Positions 15,560 through 24,301 of a stretch of 41,543 nucleotides of DNA are shown piece by piece. Positions within the stretch are counted from its first letter, which is position 1. Each line of letters begins with the position of its first letter. The stretch lies in sequence record SRR2962707_1636; one strand, 5' to 3'. Position numbers and translations under genes: made by a program. A model generated the notes under the pieces. It saw nothing but the letters and a program-made list of their open reading frames with translations, did not search any database and was not told the DNA's origin.

Positions 15560-16360
15560 ATGATGTGGGTAAAGCGTTTCGGTGCGTTGGTAGGTATCGC
15601 CGCAGGTCTGGCCGCGTGTCAGTCGCCGGATTATGTGGGCAGCATCGACGGTTCTTTTTTTGACGAAAAGGCCGGCGTGCATCTGGTTGCAGCCAGTATG
15701 CCGACCTATCAGCAGGTCGCGCCGCCCTTCGGCTATGTGGGCTTCTGCGTCCGCAACCCCGACGAATGCGGCGGCGGCACGGATGCGCCAGCGCCGGTTG
15801 CGATGACGGCAAGCAAGTGGACCGAACTCAACCGGGTCAACGACTACGTCAACCGTACGGTCCCCCAGGTTTCCGACATGGCGCTTTATGAGCGCGCCGA
15901 ATGGTGGGCCTACCCGGACGCGCGCGGCGGCGACTGCGAAGACTTCGCGCTCGAAAAGCGCAAGCTCCTGATGGAGCGCGGCTGGGCGGCGGAAAACCTG
16001 CTCGTCTCCGTGGTACGCGAATGGAACGGCGACGGCCATGCCGTGCTGCTCGTGAAAACCGACCGCGGCGAGTTCGTGCTCGACAACAAGAATTGGGAAG
16101 TCGTCGTCTGGTCGGACGCGCCCTACCAGTGGATCAAGCGCCAGTCCGAGGAACGCCCGTATATCTGGGTCAATCTCGACGCTAAAGCCGTTCGCACCGC
16201 CGTGAAAACGCCGCCGCTGCCGCCGCTTGGCGAAATGGCGCCGTTCCTCGCCGCGGTTCAGAAGAAGGCGCCCGCAACGGATCTCCGTCCGGGCATCGAA
16301 GATGGTCAGACCGCAAGCCGCAAGGCATTCATGGAGGAACCGACGGCCGCGATCAACTGA
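15560..16360 (+). CDS. Transglutaminase-like cysteine peptidase (BTLCP, peptidase C93, LapG-like), predicted lipoprotein
   Basis: Lipobox LAAC; P.GYVGFC..NPDEC; triad motifs GDCEDFA, GHAVLLV, VLDN. Confidence 0.9.
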   Translation: MMWVKRFGALVGIAAGLAACQSPDYVGSIDGSFFDEKAGVHLVAASMPTYQQVAPPFGYVGFCVRNPDECGGGTDAPAPVAMTASKWTELNRVNDYVNRTVPQVSDMALYERAEWWAYPDARGGDCEDFALEKRKLLMERGWAAENLLVSVVREWNGDGHAVLLVKTDRGEFVLDNKNWEVVVWSDAPYQWIKRQSEERPYIWVNLDAKAVRTAVKTPPLPPLGEMAPFLAAVQKKAPATDLRPGIEDGQTASRKAFMEEPTAAIN

Positions 16361-16413
16361 CCTGCCGACCGGGTCCCGCCGCCCCCCCCAATACGGGATC
16401 TGGTCCTGTCGAG

Positions 16414-16456
16414 GCCGGCCTTGCCGCTCCCCCCGCGGCAGGGCCGGTACTTTTTT
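16414..16456 (+). terminator. Rho-independent terminator after the BTLCP gene
   Basis: GCCGGCCTTGCCGC-tcccccc-GCGGCAGGGCCGGT then ac and TTTTTT. Confidence 0.7.
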
Positions 16457-16465
16457 GGGGTGAGC

Positions 16466-17239
16466 CTACTTGCCCTTCCACTGCGGCGCGCGCTTCTCGG
16501 CGAAGGCACGGGGACCTTCGATCAGGTCTTCGCTCTTGAAGAGCGCGGCGACCGCAGCGTACTTGCCCTCGACCGCTTTCTGCAGATTGGCTTCGTCGAG
16601 CCCCTTGTAGACGGACTCTTTCGAGGCGCGGATCGACATCGGCGAGCATTCCGCGATGAGCCCCGCCCAGCGCTTCGCCGCCGCCAGCAACTCTCCCGCA
16701 GGCACCACCTCGTTCACGAAGCCGAGCTCCTTGCCTTCCGCGGCGGGCACCCTGCGGCCCGTCAGGATCATGCCCATCGCCTGCTTGGTGCCGATCTGGC
16801 GCGGCAGCCTGTGCAATCCGCCCGCAAGCGCCGCGAGCCCCACCCTCGGTTCCGGCAGCGCGAAGACCGCGTTCGCGGATGCGATGATGAGATCGCAGGC
16901 AAGCGCGATCTCGAAACCGCCGCCCATCGCAACGCCGTTGACGGCGGCAATGACCGGCTTGTTGAGGTCGTAGCGCGCGGTGAGACCCGCGAAGCCCGAC
17001 TTCGGCACTTCCATCTTGTTGCCTTCGGCCTGCCAGCGAAGGTCGTTGCCCGCGCTGAACGCACGCTCGCCTTCGCCCGTGATGATGGCGACCCAAAGGT
17101 CATCGTCCTTCGCGAAATCGTCGAAAATCTTTTCGAGTTCGAAATTCGCCGGCGGATGCAGCGCGTTCATGCGCTCGGGGCGGTTGATGGTGACGACGAG
17201 CACATGTCCGTCGCGTTCGGCCTTGCAGAATTCGGTCAT
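16466..17239 (-). CDS. Enoyl-CoA hydratase (CaiD-like crotonase)
   Basis: INRPERMNAL, AFSAGNDL, AMGGGFEIALACD, LPEPRVG, FAEKRAPQWKG. Confidence 0.92.
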   Translation of the reverse strand: MTEFCKAERDGHVLVVTINRPERMNALHPPANFELEKIFDDFAKDDDLWVAIITGEGERAFSAGNDLRWQAEGNKMEVPKSGFAGLTARYDLNKPVIAAVNGVAMGGGFEIALACDLIIASANAVFALPEPRVGLAALAGGLHRLPRQIGTKQAMGMILTGRRVPAAEGKELGFVNEVVPAGELLAAAKRWAGLIAECSPMSIRASKESVYKGLDEANLQKAVEGKYAAVAALFKSEDLIEGPRAFAEKRAPQWKGK

Positions 17240-17435
17240 CGGCGCTTCCCCGTTAATTCCCGTTAATCTTTTTGCGGTTTTCCCGCGGTTGAGGCCGACT
17301 TTGCCCGCTTGCACAGGGCGCGGCAAGCGCCCGGATGTTGACGTTGCGGTAACCAAAACCACCTAAAAATAGACGCAGTTCGTTCCAACTTGAGAAAGCG
17401 GCGCTCTCTCCGCTCCCGAAAGACCACGCAAGACA

Positions 17436-18224
17436 ATGGCGCATTCAGGCGAAGTATCGGCCCAACCGATGGCAGACAATACGCAAGACACCGGCTCTTC
17501 GGCAGTTCCAGCGCACCGCTGGATGCTGAAGTATGGCGACAAGGTCTACGGCCCCTACACGTTCGAGGCCATGAAGGGCTATGTTGCGGAAGGCCGCGTG
17601 GCCGAGCACAGCCTGATCGCTCCTGAAGGCACGCCTGCGGGCGCCAGCATGTGGCAATACGCGGTCGATATCGCGGCTTTCGCGCCTCTCTTCGAGGCCG
17701 CCCCCGGCGACACGGCGCCGGCCGCTGAAACGCACACCGAACAAGACGAAACGCCCGCCGCCACGCCCGCCGAGGAAACGGCGGATATGCATGGCGACGC
17801 GGCCAGGGATGCTGAAGCGGCGGATGTACCCGCGCGGCAGCCCGAACCCGCTCTCCGCAAACCCGTTCCCGAAACAGCCGCCGACGGTCAGCGCCCGGCC
17901 TATGGTCCGGGCAAGGGCCAGATCGACCGGCGGCGTCAGGCAGACACGGCGAACTTCATCATCGTGATGGACATCAAGGCGCGCTTCGCCGGCCCGCTCG
18001 AACAGGCGATCATGTCGCTTGGACCTGCCTACAAGCTCGCGGTGAATGTCTGGTGCGTGAACACGGATGCAACCGCGGCAGGATTGCTGAACGATCTCAG
18101 CCAGCACATCGGCCGCACCGACACCATGTTCATCGCCGACACGACTCGCGACCGCACGGCATGGAGTTCCATGGGCCCGGAAGTCGATGCGAAAATTCGT
18201 CGCGTTTGGCGCCGCACCTACTGA
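17436..18224 (+). CDS. GYF_2 (DUF4339)-like N-terminal domain protein with acidic linker and C-terminal alpha/beta domain
   Basis: W....DKVYGPYTFEAMKGYVAEGRV..HSLI...W..A; start may be 17469. Confidence 0.65.
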   Translation: MAHSGEVSAQPMADNTQDTGSSAVPAHRWMLKYGDKVYGPYTFEAMKGYVAEGRVAEHSLIAPEGTPAGASMWQYAVDIAAFAPLFEAAPGDTAPAAETHTEQDETPAATPAEETADMHGDAARDAEAADVPARQPEPALRKPVPETAADGQRPAYGPGKGQIDRRRQADTANFIIVMDIKARFAGPLEQAIMSLGPAYKLAVNVWCVNTDATAAGLLNDLSQHIGRTDTMFIADTTRDRTAWSSMGPEVDAKIRRVWRRTY

Positions 18225-18437
18225 ATACCGCGCAATTTAGCCATATGCGGCGGCATTAATTCGCCCCGCAAGGTGGCCAGCGGCACCACGCGGTGTTATC
18301 TTTCTTCTTGCCGATGATTTGAGGGCCTTCGGGTGATCCGCCCGCAGGCCCTTATTTATTTTATCGGTCCGCAAGTTCATCGAACGGCGCGGTAGCCACT
18401 TCTCGAAGTGGACGCAGCCGCGCGGAAAGGCAAGACA

Positions 18438-18866
18438 ATGGCAGCACAGAACGGCGACAAGGTGCGTGTGCACTACACCGGCAAACTGAATGACGGCACC
18501 GTGTTCGACTCCAGCCGCGAAGGCGACCCGATCGAATTCGCGATCGGCAGCCAGATGGTCATCGCCGGTTTCGAGACCGCCGTCGTCGGCATGGAACCGG
18601 GCGACAGCAAGAGCTTCACGGTCGCCTCCACCGAAGCCTATGGCGAACACGACCCGCGCCTCGTGCAGGAAGTTCCCCGCGCCGAGCTTCCGCCGGAACT
18701 CGAACCGCACCCCGGCATGCGCCTTACGGCGACCGGCCGCGACGGCCGCGAAATCGGCCTTGTCGTGACGGAAGTGAACGACAATGTCGTGCGGCTCGAT
18801 GCCAATCACCCGCTTGCGGGCGAAGACCTGACATTTGAAATCCAGCTCGTGGAAATCGCTGCCTGA
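18438..18866 (+). CDS. FKBP-type peptidyl-prolyl isomerase (SlyD/SlpA-like, no His tail)
   Basis: GDKVRVHYTGKLNDGTVFDSS, AYGE, DANHPLAGEDLTF. Confidence 0.93.
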   Translation: MAAQNGDKVRVHYTGKLNDGTVFDSSREGDPIEFAIGSQMVIAGFETAVVGMEPGDSKSFTVASTEAYGEHDPRLVQEVPRAELPPELEPHPGMRLTATGRDGREIGLVVTEVNDNVVRLDANHPLAGEDLTFEIQLVEIAA

Positions 18867-18880
18867 CCGGCAGCTGATTT

Positions 18881-20083
18881 CTACCCGGGCGGCGCGAGCG
18901 GCAGACGGTGCATGCGTATCGTCTCGCTCGCCGGTGCCGCTGCAGGTGCAGGTGTTTCAAGCGAGGATGTGTCAGGCAGGAAATCGGAAACGGTTTCCTC
19001 CTCTGCGCCGGGACGCGCCAGCGGTAACGGCACGCCGGGCGTGAGGGAAACCGGCGGCTCTTCTTCCGCAATCATCTCCTCCTGCATTTCCGTTTCAGGC
19101 CCCATCGTGGAATCGGGTATCGGCGCCATGTCCGCCGTTCCCTCTTCCGCCTCCTGTCGAGGCGGCGCCAGCGCGCGCATGATCGCATCCGCCCTGCGCC
19201 ACTTCAGGATCAGCGGCGCGGCAAGCGCGCTCACATCCGCACAGCGGGCAGGCGCGGACACCCCTCTGTCGCAGAGCACCGTCGCGCGAATAAGCTCAAG
19301 CTGGAATTGCGAACGCCGCAGAAACTCCGGGAAGAGGCCGCTCTTTTGCGCCGCCTCGACGAGAGGCAAATAGGCAGTGCATTCCGCCTGCTGCCGTTCC
19401 AGCATTTCCAGTAGCGCGCGCGCTTCCTCCGTCCCCTCAAGGGGCGCCGCCTCGCAGATCCGCCACATCAGCTCCGCCGTCGCATGATCGTGGAGCAGAA
19501 CGAGCCCGCGCGCATTGGCTGGCAGCGATGCATAGAGCCGCGCAACATCCAGCGGCGACCAGCCACGAAATCCGTCGATGAAGGCGACAACATCGACAGG
19601 CTCGGCGGGCGCCTCCCGGTAACGCTTCTTCGCATCGGGCGACAGGGTGGGACGCACCCCCTGTTTCAGGAAAGAATATTCGCGCGACGAACCGAGGTCC
19701 GGCGTGCCGTCGGACTTCGCGGGAATGAACAGCAATTGCAGCCCGAGCGGACGTTCCTCGATGTGGAAAAAGGCGCCATCCGCTGCCGCGCCGGAAACGC
19801 GGAGCGCTCCCTGCGCACTGCCCTCCGCCACCGCCGCGCGCTCACCGTTCAGGGTGTAACCGACACCGGAAGGCAGAACGAGCCGCCCGACGACGCGACG
19901 CTCGGCCTCGCTCAGCGTCAGCGTCATGCCGGCCGCATCGCCGATGCCGTCGTAACCGCCATTGAGCTCCGCTGCACGAAGCGGCAGGGCCATCGCAAAC
20001 GACAGCGCAAGAAACAGGAACGGCGCAACGAGCGCGCGCACCATCCTCTTCGTTGCCCTTGCCGAGTTCAGCCCCCGCATCAT
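18881..20083 (-). CDS. Hypothetical exported protein
   Basis: 400-aa ORF with signal peptide-like N-terminus, Cys-containing helical core and Pro/Glu-rich tail; same strand as its neighbours. Confidence 0.7.
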   Translation of the reverse strand: MMRGLNSARATKRMVRALVAPFLFLALSFAMALPLRAAELNGGYDGIGDAAGMTLTLSEAERRVVGRLVLPSGVGYTLNGERAAVAEGSAQGALRVSGAAADGAFFHIEERPLGLQLLFIPAKSDGTPDLGSSREYSFLKQGVRPTLSPDAKKRYREAPAEPVDVVAFIDGFRGWSPLDVARLYASLPANARGLVLLHDHATAELMWRICEAAPLEGTEEARALLEMLERQQAECTAYLPLVEAAQKSGLFPEFLRRSQFQLELIRATVLCDRGVSAPARCADVSALAAPLILKWRRADAIMRALAPPRQEAEEGTADMAPIPDSTMGPETEMQEEMIAEEEPPVSLTPGVPLPLARPGAEEETVSDFLPDTSSLETPAPAAAPASETIRMHRLPLAPPG

Positions 20084-20121
20084 CTTCGCCGCTATTCTCC
20101 AGGCCCCTCGGAGAAAGCGCG

Positions 20122-20946
20122 CTACTTGCCTTTGAACTGAGGCTCGCGCTTTTCCATATAGGCCATCATGCCTTCCTTCACGTCTTCCGTCCGCATCAGC
20201 GGCAGAAGCTGCAGATAGACATGATGCACATGTTCCGGGAAGGGTTCGTTAAGCCCCATGCGCATCATCCGCTTCGCTGCCCGCACCGCGAGCGGCGCAT
20301 TGCCAGCGATCTCGGCTGCAACGGCGCGCGCACGCGGCATCAGCTCTTCGTCGGCAACGGCTTCCGAGGCAAGCCCCCAGGCAACACTCTCATCGGCGGA
20401 AAGCGTGCGTCCGGTGAAAATGAGTTCTGCTGCCCTCGACCAGCCGATGAGGCGCGGCAGATACCATGTGCCGCCCGATTCGGGCACCAGACCACGCTTG
20501 CAGAAGGCCGCCGCCAGTTTCGCCGACTTCCCCATGATGCGGATATCGCAGCCAAGCGCCGTGTCCATGCCGTAACCGGCCGCGCCGCCATTAAGGGCGC
20601 AGATCGTCGGCGTCTCCATTTCCTGGAGCACGGTCGGCGGGGTATTCTTGAGGTCGAGGCTCGTCGAGGTGACACCGCCGCTCGAACCGATGGAGAGCCC
20701 CGCGCCTTGCGTCTGCGCCCGAAGATCGAGACCGGCGCAGAAGGCGCGCCCGGCACCGGTGAGGATCACGCAGCGCACTTCCGGGTCGGCATCCGCTTCC
20801 TTCAGCCGCACGGTCAGCTGATCCAGCATCGTCGCCGAGATCGTGTTCATGCGGTCTGGCGCGTTGAGCGTGATGGTCGCGATATGGCCGGAGACTTCGT
20901 AGAGAACCTCCTGCGCTTCTTGCTGCACGGCCTTTGCCTGGCTCAT
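20122..20946 (-). CDS. Enoyl-CoA hydratase/isomerase family protein
   Basis: TLNAPDRMNTI, AFCAGLDL, GLVPESGG, YMEKREPQFKG; GAGGAGG RBS. Confidence 0.92.
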   Translation of the reverse strand: MSQAKAVQQEAQEVLYEVSGHIATITLNAPDRMNTISATMLDQLTVRLKEADADPEVRCVILTGAGRAFCAGLDLRAQTQGAGLSIGSSGGVTSTSLDLKNTPPTVLQEMETPTICALNGGAAGYGMDTALGCDIRIMGKSAKLAAAFCKRGLVPESGGTWYLPRLIGWSRAAELIFTGRTLSADESVAWGLASEAVADEELMPRARAVAAEIAGNAPLAVRAAKRMMRMGLNEPFPEHVHHVYLQLLPLMRTEDVKEGMMAYMEKREPQFKGK

Positions 20947-21013
20947 GTCTTCCTCCCTCGGGGTCGCGGATTGTTTGGCGGAAATACCTGTTCGCACAGT
21001 TTAGCCGATAAAA

Positions 21014-21487
21014 TCAGCCGCAAGTAGCCTTGCCGCCTTCGCCGAACCAGAGATGCCGGACATAGTCGCCCTCGGCGATGCCGAGACGCTGCGTCAGTCC
21101 GCCGTTTACTTCGAGAACGCCGTTCACGGGCACACCGGACGAATGAAAATCGAGCGTCTCGGGTTGGGCCTCCCTGGCGATGCGGGCAATGCGCCCGTCC
21201 GTCTCGATGAAGATCATGTCGAGCGGGATAAAGGTATTCTTCATCCAGAAGGTCGCGGCTTCGCATGCCTTGTAGAAAAACAACATGCCCGCCTCATCCG
21301 CCAGTTCGGTGCGGTACATGAGGCCCCGCCTCTGCTTGTCGGCGGTGACAACCAGTTCGACCGAGAAGGAATGACTTTCGCCATCCGCCTTTTCGATCTG
21401 AAGAACATGTTCTTCCCCCGCAAGCGCCGTCGCAGGGAGGAATGCGGCAACAAGGAAGAGAAACGCTGACAGCGATGTGAAACGCAT
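21014..21487 (-). CDS. DUF192 family exported protein
   Basis: RGLMYR, GMLF, FWMKNTFIPLDMIFI, VLEVNGG; TGATG coupling to the upstream gene. Confidence 0.9.
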   Translation of the reverse strand: MRFTSLSAFLFLVAAFLPATALAGEEHVLQIEKADGESHSFSVELVVTADKQRRGLMYRTELADEAGMLFFYKACEAATFWMKNTFIPLDMIFIETDGRIARIAREAQPETLDFHSSGVPVNGVLEVNGGLTQRLGIAEGDYVRHLWFGEGGKATCG

Positions 21488-22017
21488 CAATCGAGCCGCG
21501 TCAGGCCGGCGGCGTATTTCTTCCAGTTCTCGACATAGTGATCGGCGGAAAGTTTCAGTGCCGCCGCGGTCTCCTTGTCGAGCGTACGCACAACCTTGCC
21601 CGGCGACCCGAGCACCATCGAATAATCCGGAATTTCCTTGTTCTCCGAGATCAGCGTATTCGCGCCGATGAGGCAGCCTTTTCCGATCTTCGTGTTGTTG
21701 AGAACGATGCTGCCGATGCCGATCAGGCTGCCCGCACCGATGGTGCAGCCATGCAGCATCACCATATGGCCGATGGTGACGTTCTCCTCGATGGTGAGCG
21801 GCGATCCCGGATCGCTGTGAAGCACCGAGCCGTCCTGCACATTGGAGTTTTCGCCGACGGTGATGAGTTCGTTGTCGCCTCGCAAAACCGCTCCGAACCA
21901 GATGCTGGCATTCTTCTCAAGCTTCACATTGCCCATGACTTCCGCATTGGGGGCGATCCAGTAGTCGCCCTCGGCGGGCAGGATCGGCTTTCTCTCTCCA
22001 ATGGCATAGACGGGCAT
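21487..22017 (-). CDS. Gamma carbonic anhydrase family (YrdA/PaaY-like) hexapeptide protein
   Basis: WFGAVLRGD, NVQDGSVLH, TIGHMVMLHGCTIG. Confidence 0.93.
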   Translation of the reverse strand: MPVYAIGERKPILPAEGDYWIAPNAEVMGNVKLEKNASIWFGAVLRGDNELITVGENSNVQDGSVLHSDPGSPLTIEENVTIGHMVMLHGCTIGAGSLIGIGSIVLNNTKIGKGCLIGANTLISENKEIPDYSMVLGSPGKVVRTLDKETAAALKLSADHYVENWKKYAAGLTRLD

Positions 22018-22105
22018 GGGTTTCCTCCTCGGACATATTGCTTTGCCGGGACTATGACACGGGCAGCCCCTCGATACGAGGCTTGCACGACGCCCCCGAA
22101 ACAGG

Positions 22106-22134
22106 CTGTCATCGCTCCGTCAATTCGGTTCCAT
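22106..22134 (+). promoter_or_regulatory. Pho box (PhoB site)
   Basis: CTGTCAT-cgct-CCGTCAA-ttcg-GTTCCAT, heptamers at 11-bp period, 38 bp upstream of phoX. Confidence 0.8.
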
Positions 22135-22171
22135 AGGGCTGGAAGCGGTTTGGATGAAGCGGGGGGCTGAC

Positions 22172-24157
22172 ATGACGGAACGAGAATCCTTCGGCGAGGA
22201 ACTTGAGGCGGCTGACGACCTTCGAGTCGAGCGCAAGACATCTGCTCCGCTTTCGCAGTTGTGGAGCCGCCGCATCGCCCGGCGGGGGTTCCTCTCGGGG
22301 CTCGGCAAGGCGGCTTTGCTCGCCTCCGTCTCGCCTTCCATCCTCTCGCTCGCCGCCTGCGGCGATACGCCGGAAGCCGCGCCCGACGACATATTCGGCT
22401 TTGAGGAAGTCCCGCACGGCATCGATGATGCTCATCACATTGCCGCCGATCACAACGCCGAAATCCTGATCCGCTGGGGCGAACCTGTGCTCAAGGATGC
22501 GCCGGACTTCGACGTCCGCAACCAGAGCGCGCCCGCGCAGCTCGGTCAGTTCGGTTACAACAACGACTATATCGGCTTCATCCCCCTGCCCCACGGCTCC
22601 GATGCGAGCGATCGCGGCCTGCTCTGCATCCATCACGAATACACAAACGATGATCTTATGTATCCGGGCTACCCGGCGGACGATCCGGCGAGCTTCTACA
22701 CGCGTGACATCGTGGAGGTTTCGATGGCCGCGCACGGTGGCACCATCGTTGAAGTGGCGCGTGGAGAAGACGGCAAATGGAGCACCGTCCGCGACAGCAC
22801 CTACAATCGCCGCCTGACACCGCTCGCAACCGAGATGACCCTCGCAGGCCCCGCCGCCGGACATCCGCGTCTGCAAACCGGCGAAGACCCCGAAGGCCGC
22901 CGTGTCATGGGCACGTTCAACAATTGCGCGGGCGGCATCACGCCTTGGGGCACATGGCTCATGTCGGAGGAGAATTTCAACTTCTACTTCACCGGCGAGA
23001 ACGCCGACGAGAGCGAAGCCGCAAACCATGAGCGCATAGGCGTCCCCGGCAGCCGTTCCTATCCCTGGGGCTATTTCCACAAACGCTTCGACATTTCGCA
23101 GGAACCGCACGAGCCGAACCGCTATGGCTGGGTGGTCGAGGTCGATCCGCTCGATCCGGCCTCCGCGCCCGTCAAACACACCGCGCTTGGCCGCTTCAAG
23201 CACGAGGGCTGCGAAAACGTGCTGACAAAAGACGGCCGCCTTGCCGTCTACTCGGGCGACGATCAGGCATTTGAATACCTCTACAAGTTCGTCAGCACAC
23301 GCAAGGTCTCCAAAGACCGCGCGGCAAACAGCTCCCTTCTCGATGAAGGCACGCTCTACGTCGCCCGCTTCGAGGAAGACGGCAGCGGCAAATGGATGCC
23401 GCTCGTCCACGGCGAGAACGGCCTCGACGAGGCGAACGGTTTTTCTTCGCAGGCCGATGTCGTGATTGAAACACGCCGCGCCGCCGACATTCTCGGCGCC
23501 ACACCGCTCGACCGTCCCGAAGATGTGACGCCGAACGAAGCCACCGGCAAGGTCTATGTCGCGCTCACCAATTCGAAAGAACGCGAAACAGCTGACGCGG
23601 TGAACCCGCGCGCCGGCAATCTCTGGGGTCAGATCGTCGAACTGACACCTGACGGCGACGACCACGCTTCCGAAGGTTTCGCCTGGACGCTCATCGTCAA
23701 ATGCGGGGACCCGGCGTTCCCCGCGATTGGCGCGGAGTGGCATCCCGAAACCGGCCGCGACAACTGGTTCGCATGCCCGGACAACATGGCCGTCGATCCG
23801 AAAGGCCGCCTCTGGGTCTCAACCGATCAGGGCTCCGGCTGGCACACGGCGTCGGGTTCGGCGGACGGCCTCTACGCACTTGCCACTATCGGCGAAAAGC
23901 GCGGTCTCGCCCGCCGGATATTCCGCGCACCCATTGGCGCGGAGGTCTCCGGTCCCTGTTTCACACCGGACGGAACGACGCTCTTCCTCGCCGTGCAGCA
24001 CCCGGGTGCGGACGGCACAAAAAACTACAAGGGCTTCGAGCGCGCCTCGACCTTCGACGATCCGGCAACCCGCTGGCCGGACTTCGCGCCCGACATGCCT
24101 CCGCGCCCTTCCATCGTCGTCATCACCGCGAAAAATGGCGGTTCCGTGGGCGGCTGA
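22172..24157 (+). CDS. phoX: PhoX family alkaline phosphatase (Tat-exported, possibly a lipoprotein)
   Basis: ARRGFL Tat motif then LAAC; GYNND, HEY, NNCAGGITPWGTWLMSEEN, GRFKHE, DRPED, PDN, GAEVSG, VQHPG. Confidence 0.94.
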   Translation: MTERESFGEELEAADDLRVERKTSAPLSQLWSRRIARRGFLSGLGKAALLASVSPSILSLAACGDTPEAAPDDIFGFEEVPHGIDDAHHIAADHNAEILIRWGEPVLKDAPDFDVRNQSAPAQLGQFGYNNDYIGFIPLPHGSDASDRGLLCIHHEYTNDDLMYPGYPADDPASFYTRDIVEVSMAAHGGTIVEVARGEDGKWSTVRDSTYNRRLTPLATEMTLAGPAAGHPRLQTGEDPEGRRVMGTFNNCAGGITPWGTWLMSEENFNFYFTGENADESEAANHERIGVPGSRSYPWGYFHKRFDISQEPHEPNRYGWVVEVDPLDPASAPVKHTALGRFKHEGCENVLTKDGRLAVYSGDDQAFEYLYKFVSTRKVSKDRAANSSLLDEGTLYVARFEEDGSGKWMPLVHGENGLDEANGFSSQADVVIETRRAADILGATPLDRPEDVTPNEATGKVYVALTNSKERETADAVNPRAGNLWGQIVELTPDGDDHASEGFAWTLIVKCGDPAFPAIGAEWHPETGRDNWFACPDNMAVDPKGRLWVSTDQGSGWHTASGSADGLYALATIGEKRGLARRIFRAPIGAEVSGPCFTPDGTTLFLAVQHPGADGTKNYKGFERASTFDDPATRWPDFAPDMPPRPSIVVITAKNGGSVGG

Positions 24158-24301
24158 TCCGCGCGCGGAGGGAACCCGATTTGCGTCCGCGGGTTGCACC
24201 TTATGCAGCAATGGCCCAAGCTTGGCGCTGCGGCAGTGAAAACGGCGGCGCGGGCACGCCTCCGGCTCATGTGACTTGTATTTGTTCGGGGGCGTCAGTT
24301 C

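Noticed and set aside
17253-17266. TTAA-TTCCCG-TTAA as a CtrA site
   Set aside because: The spacer is 6 nt rather than 7; it reads as a 10-bp direct repeat beside the RBS of a metabolic gene.
22109-23743. 544-aa minus-strand ORF
   Set aside because: Antisense shadow of phoX.
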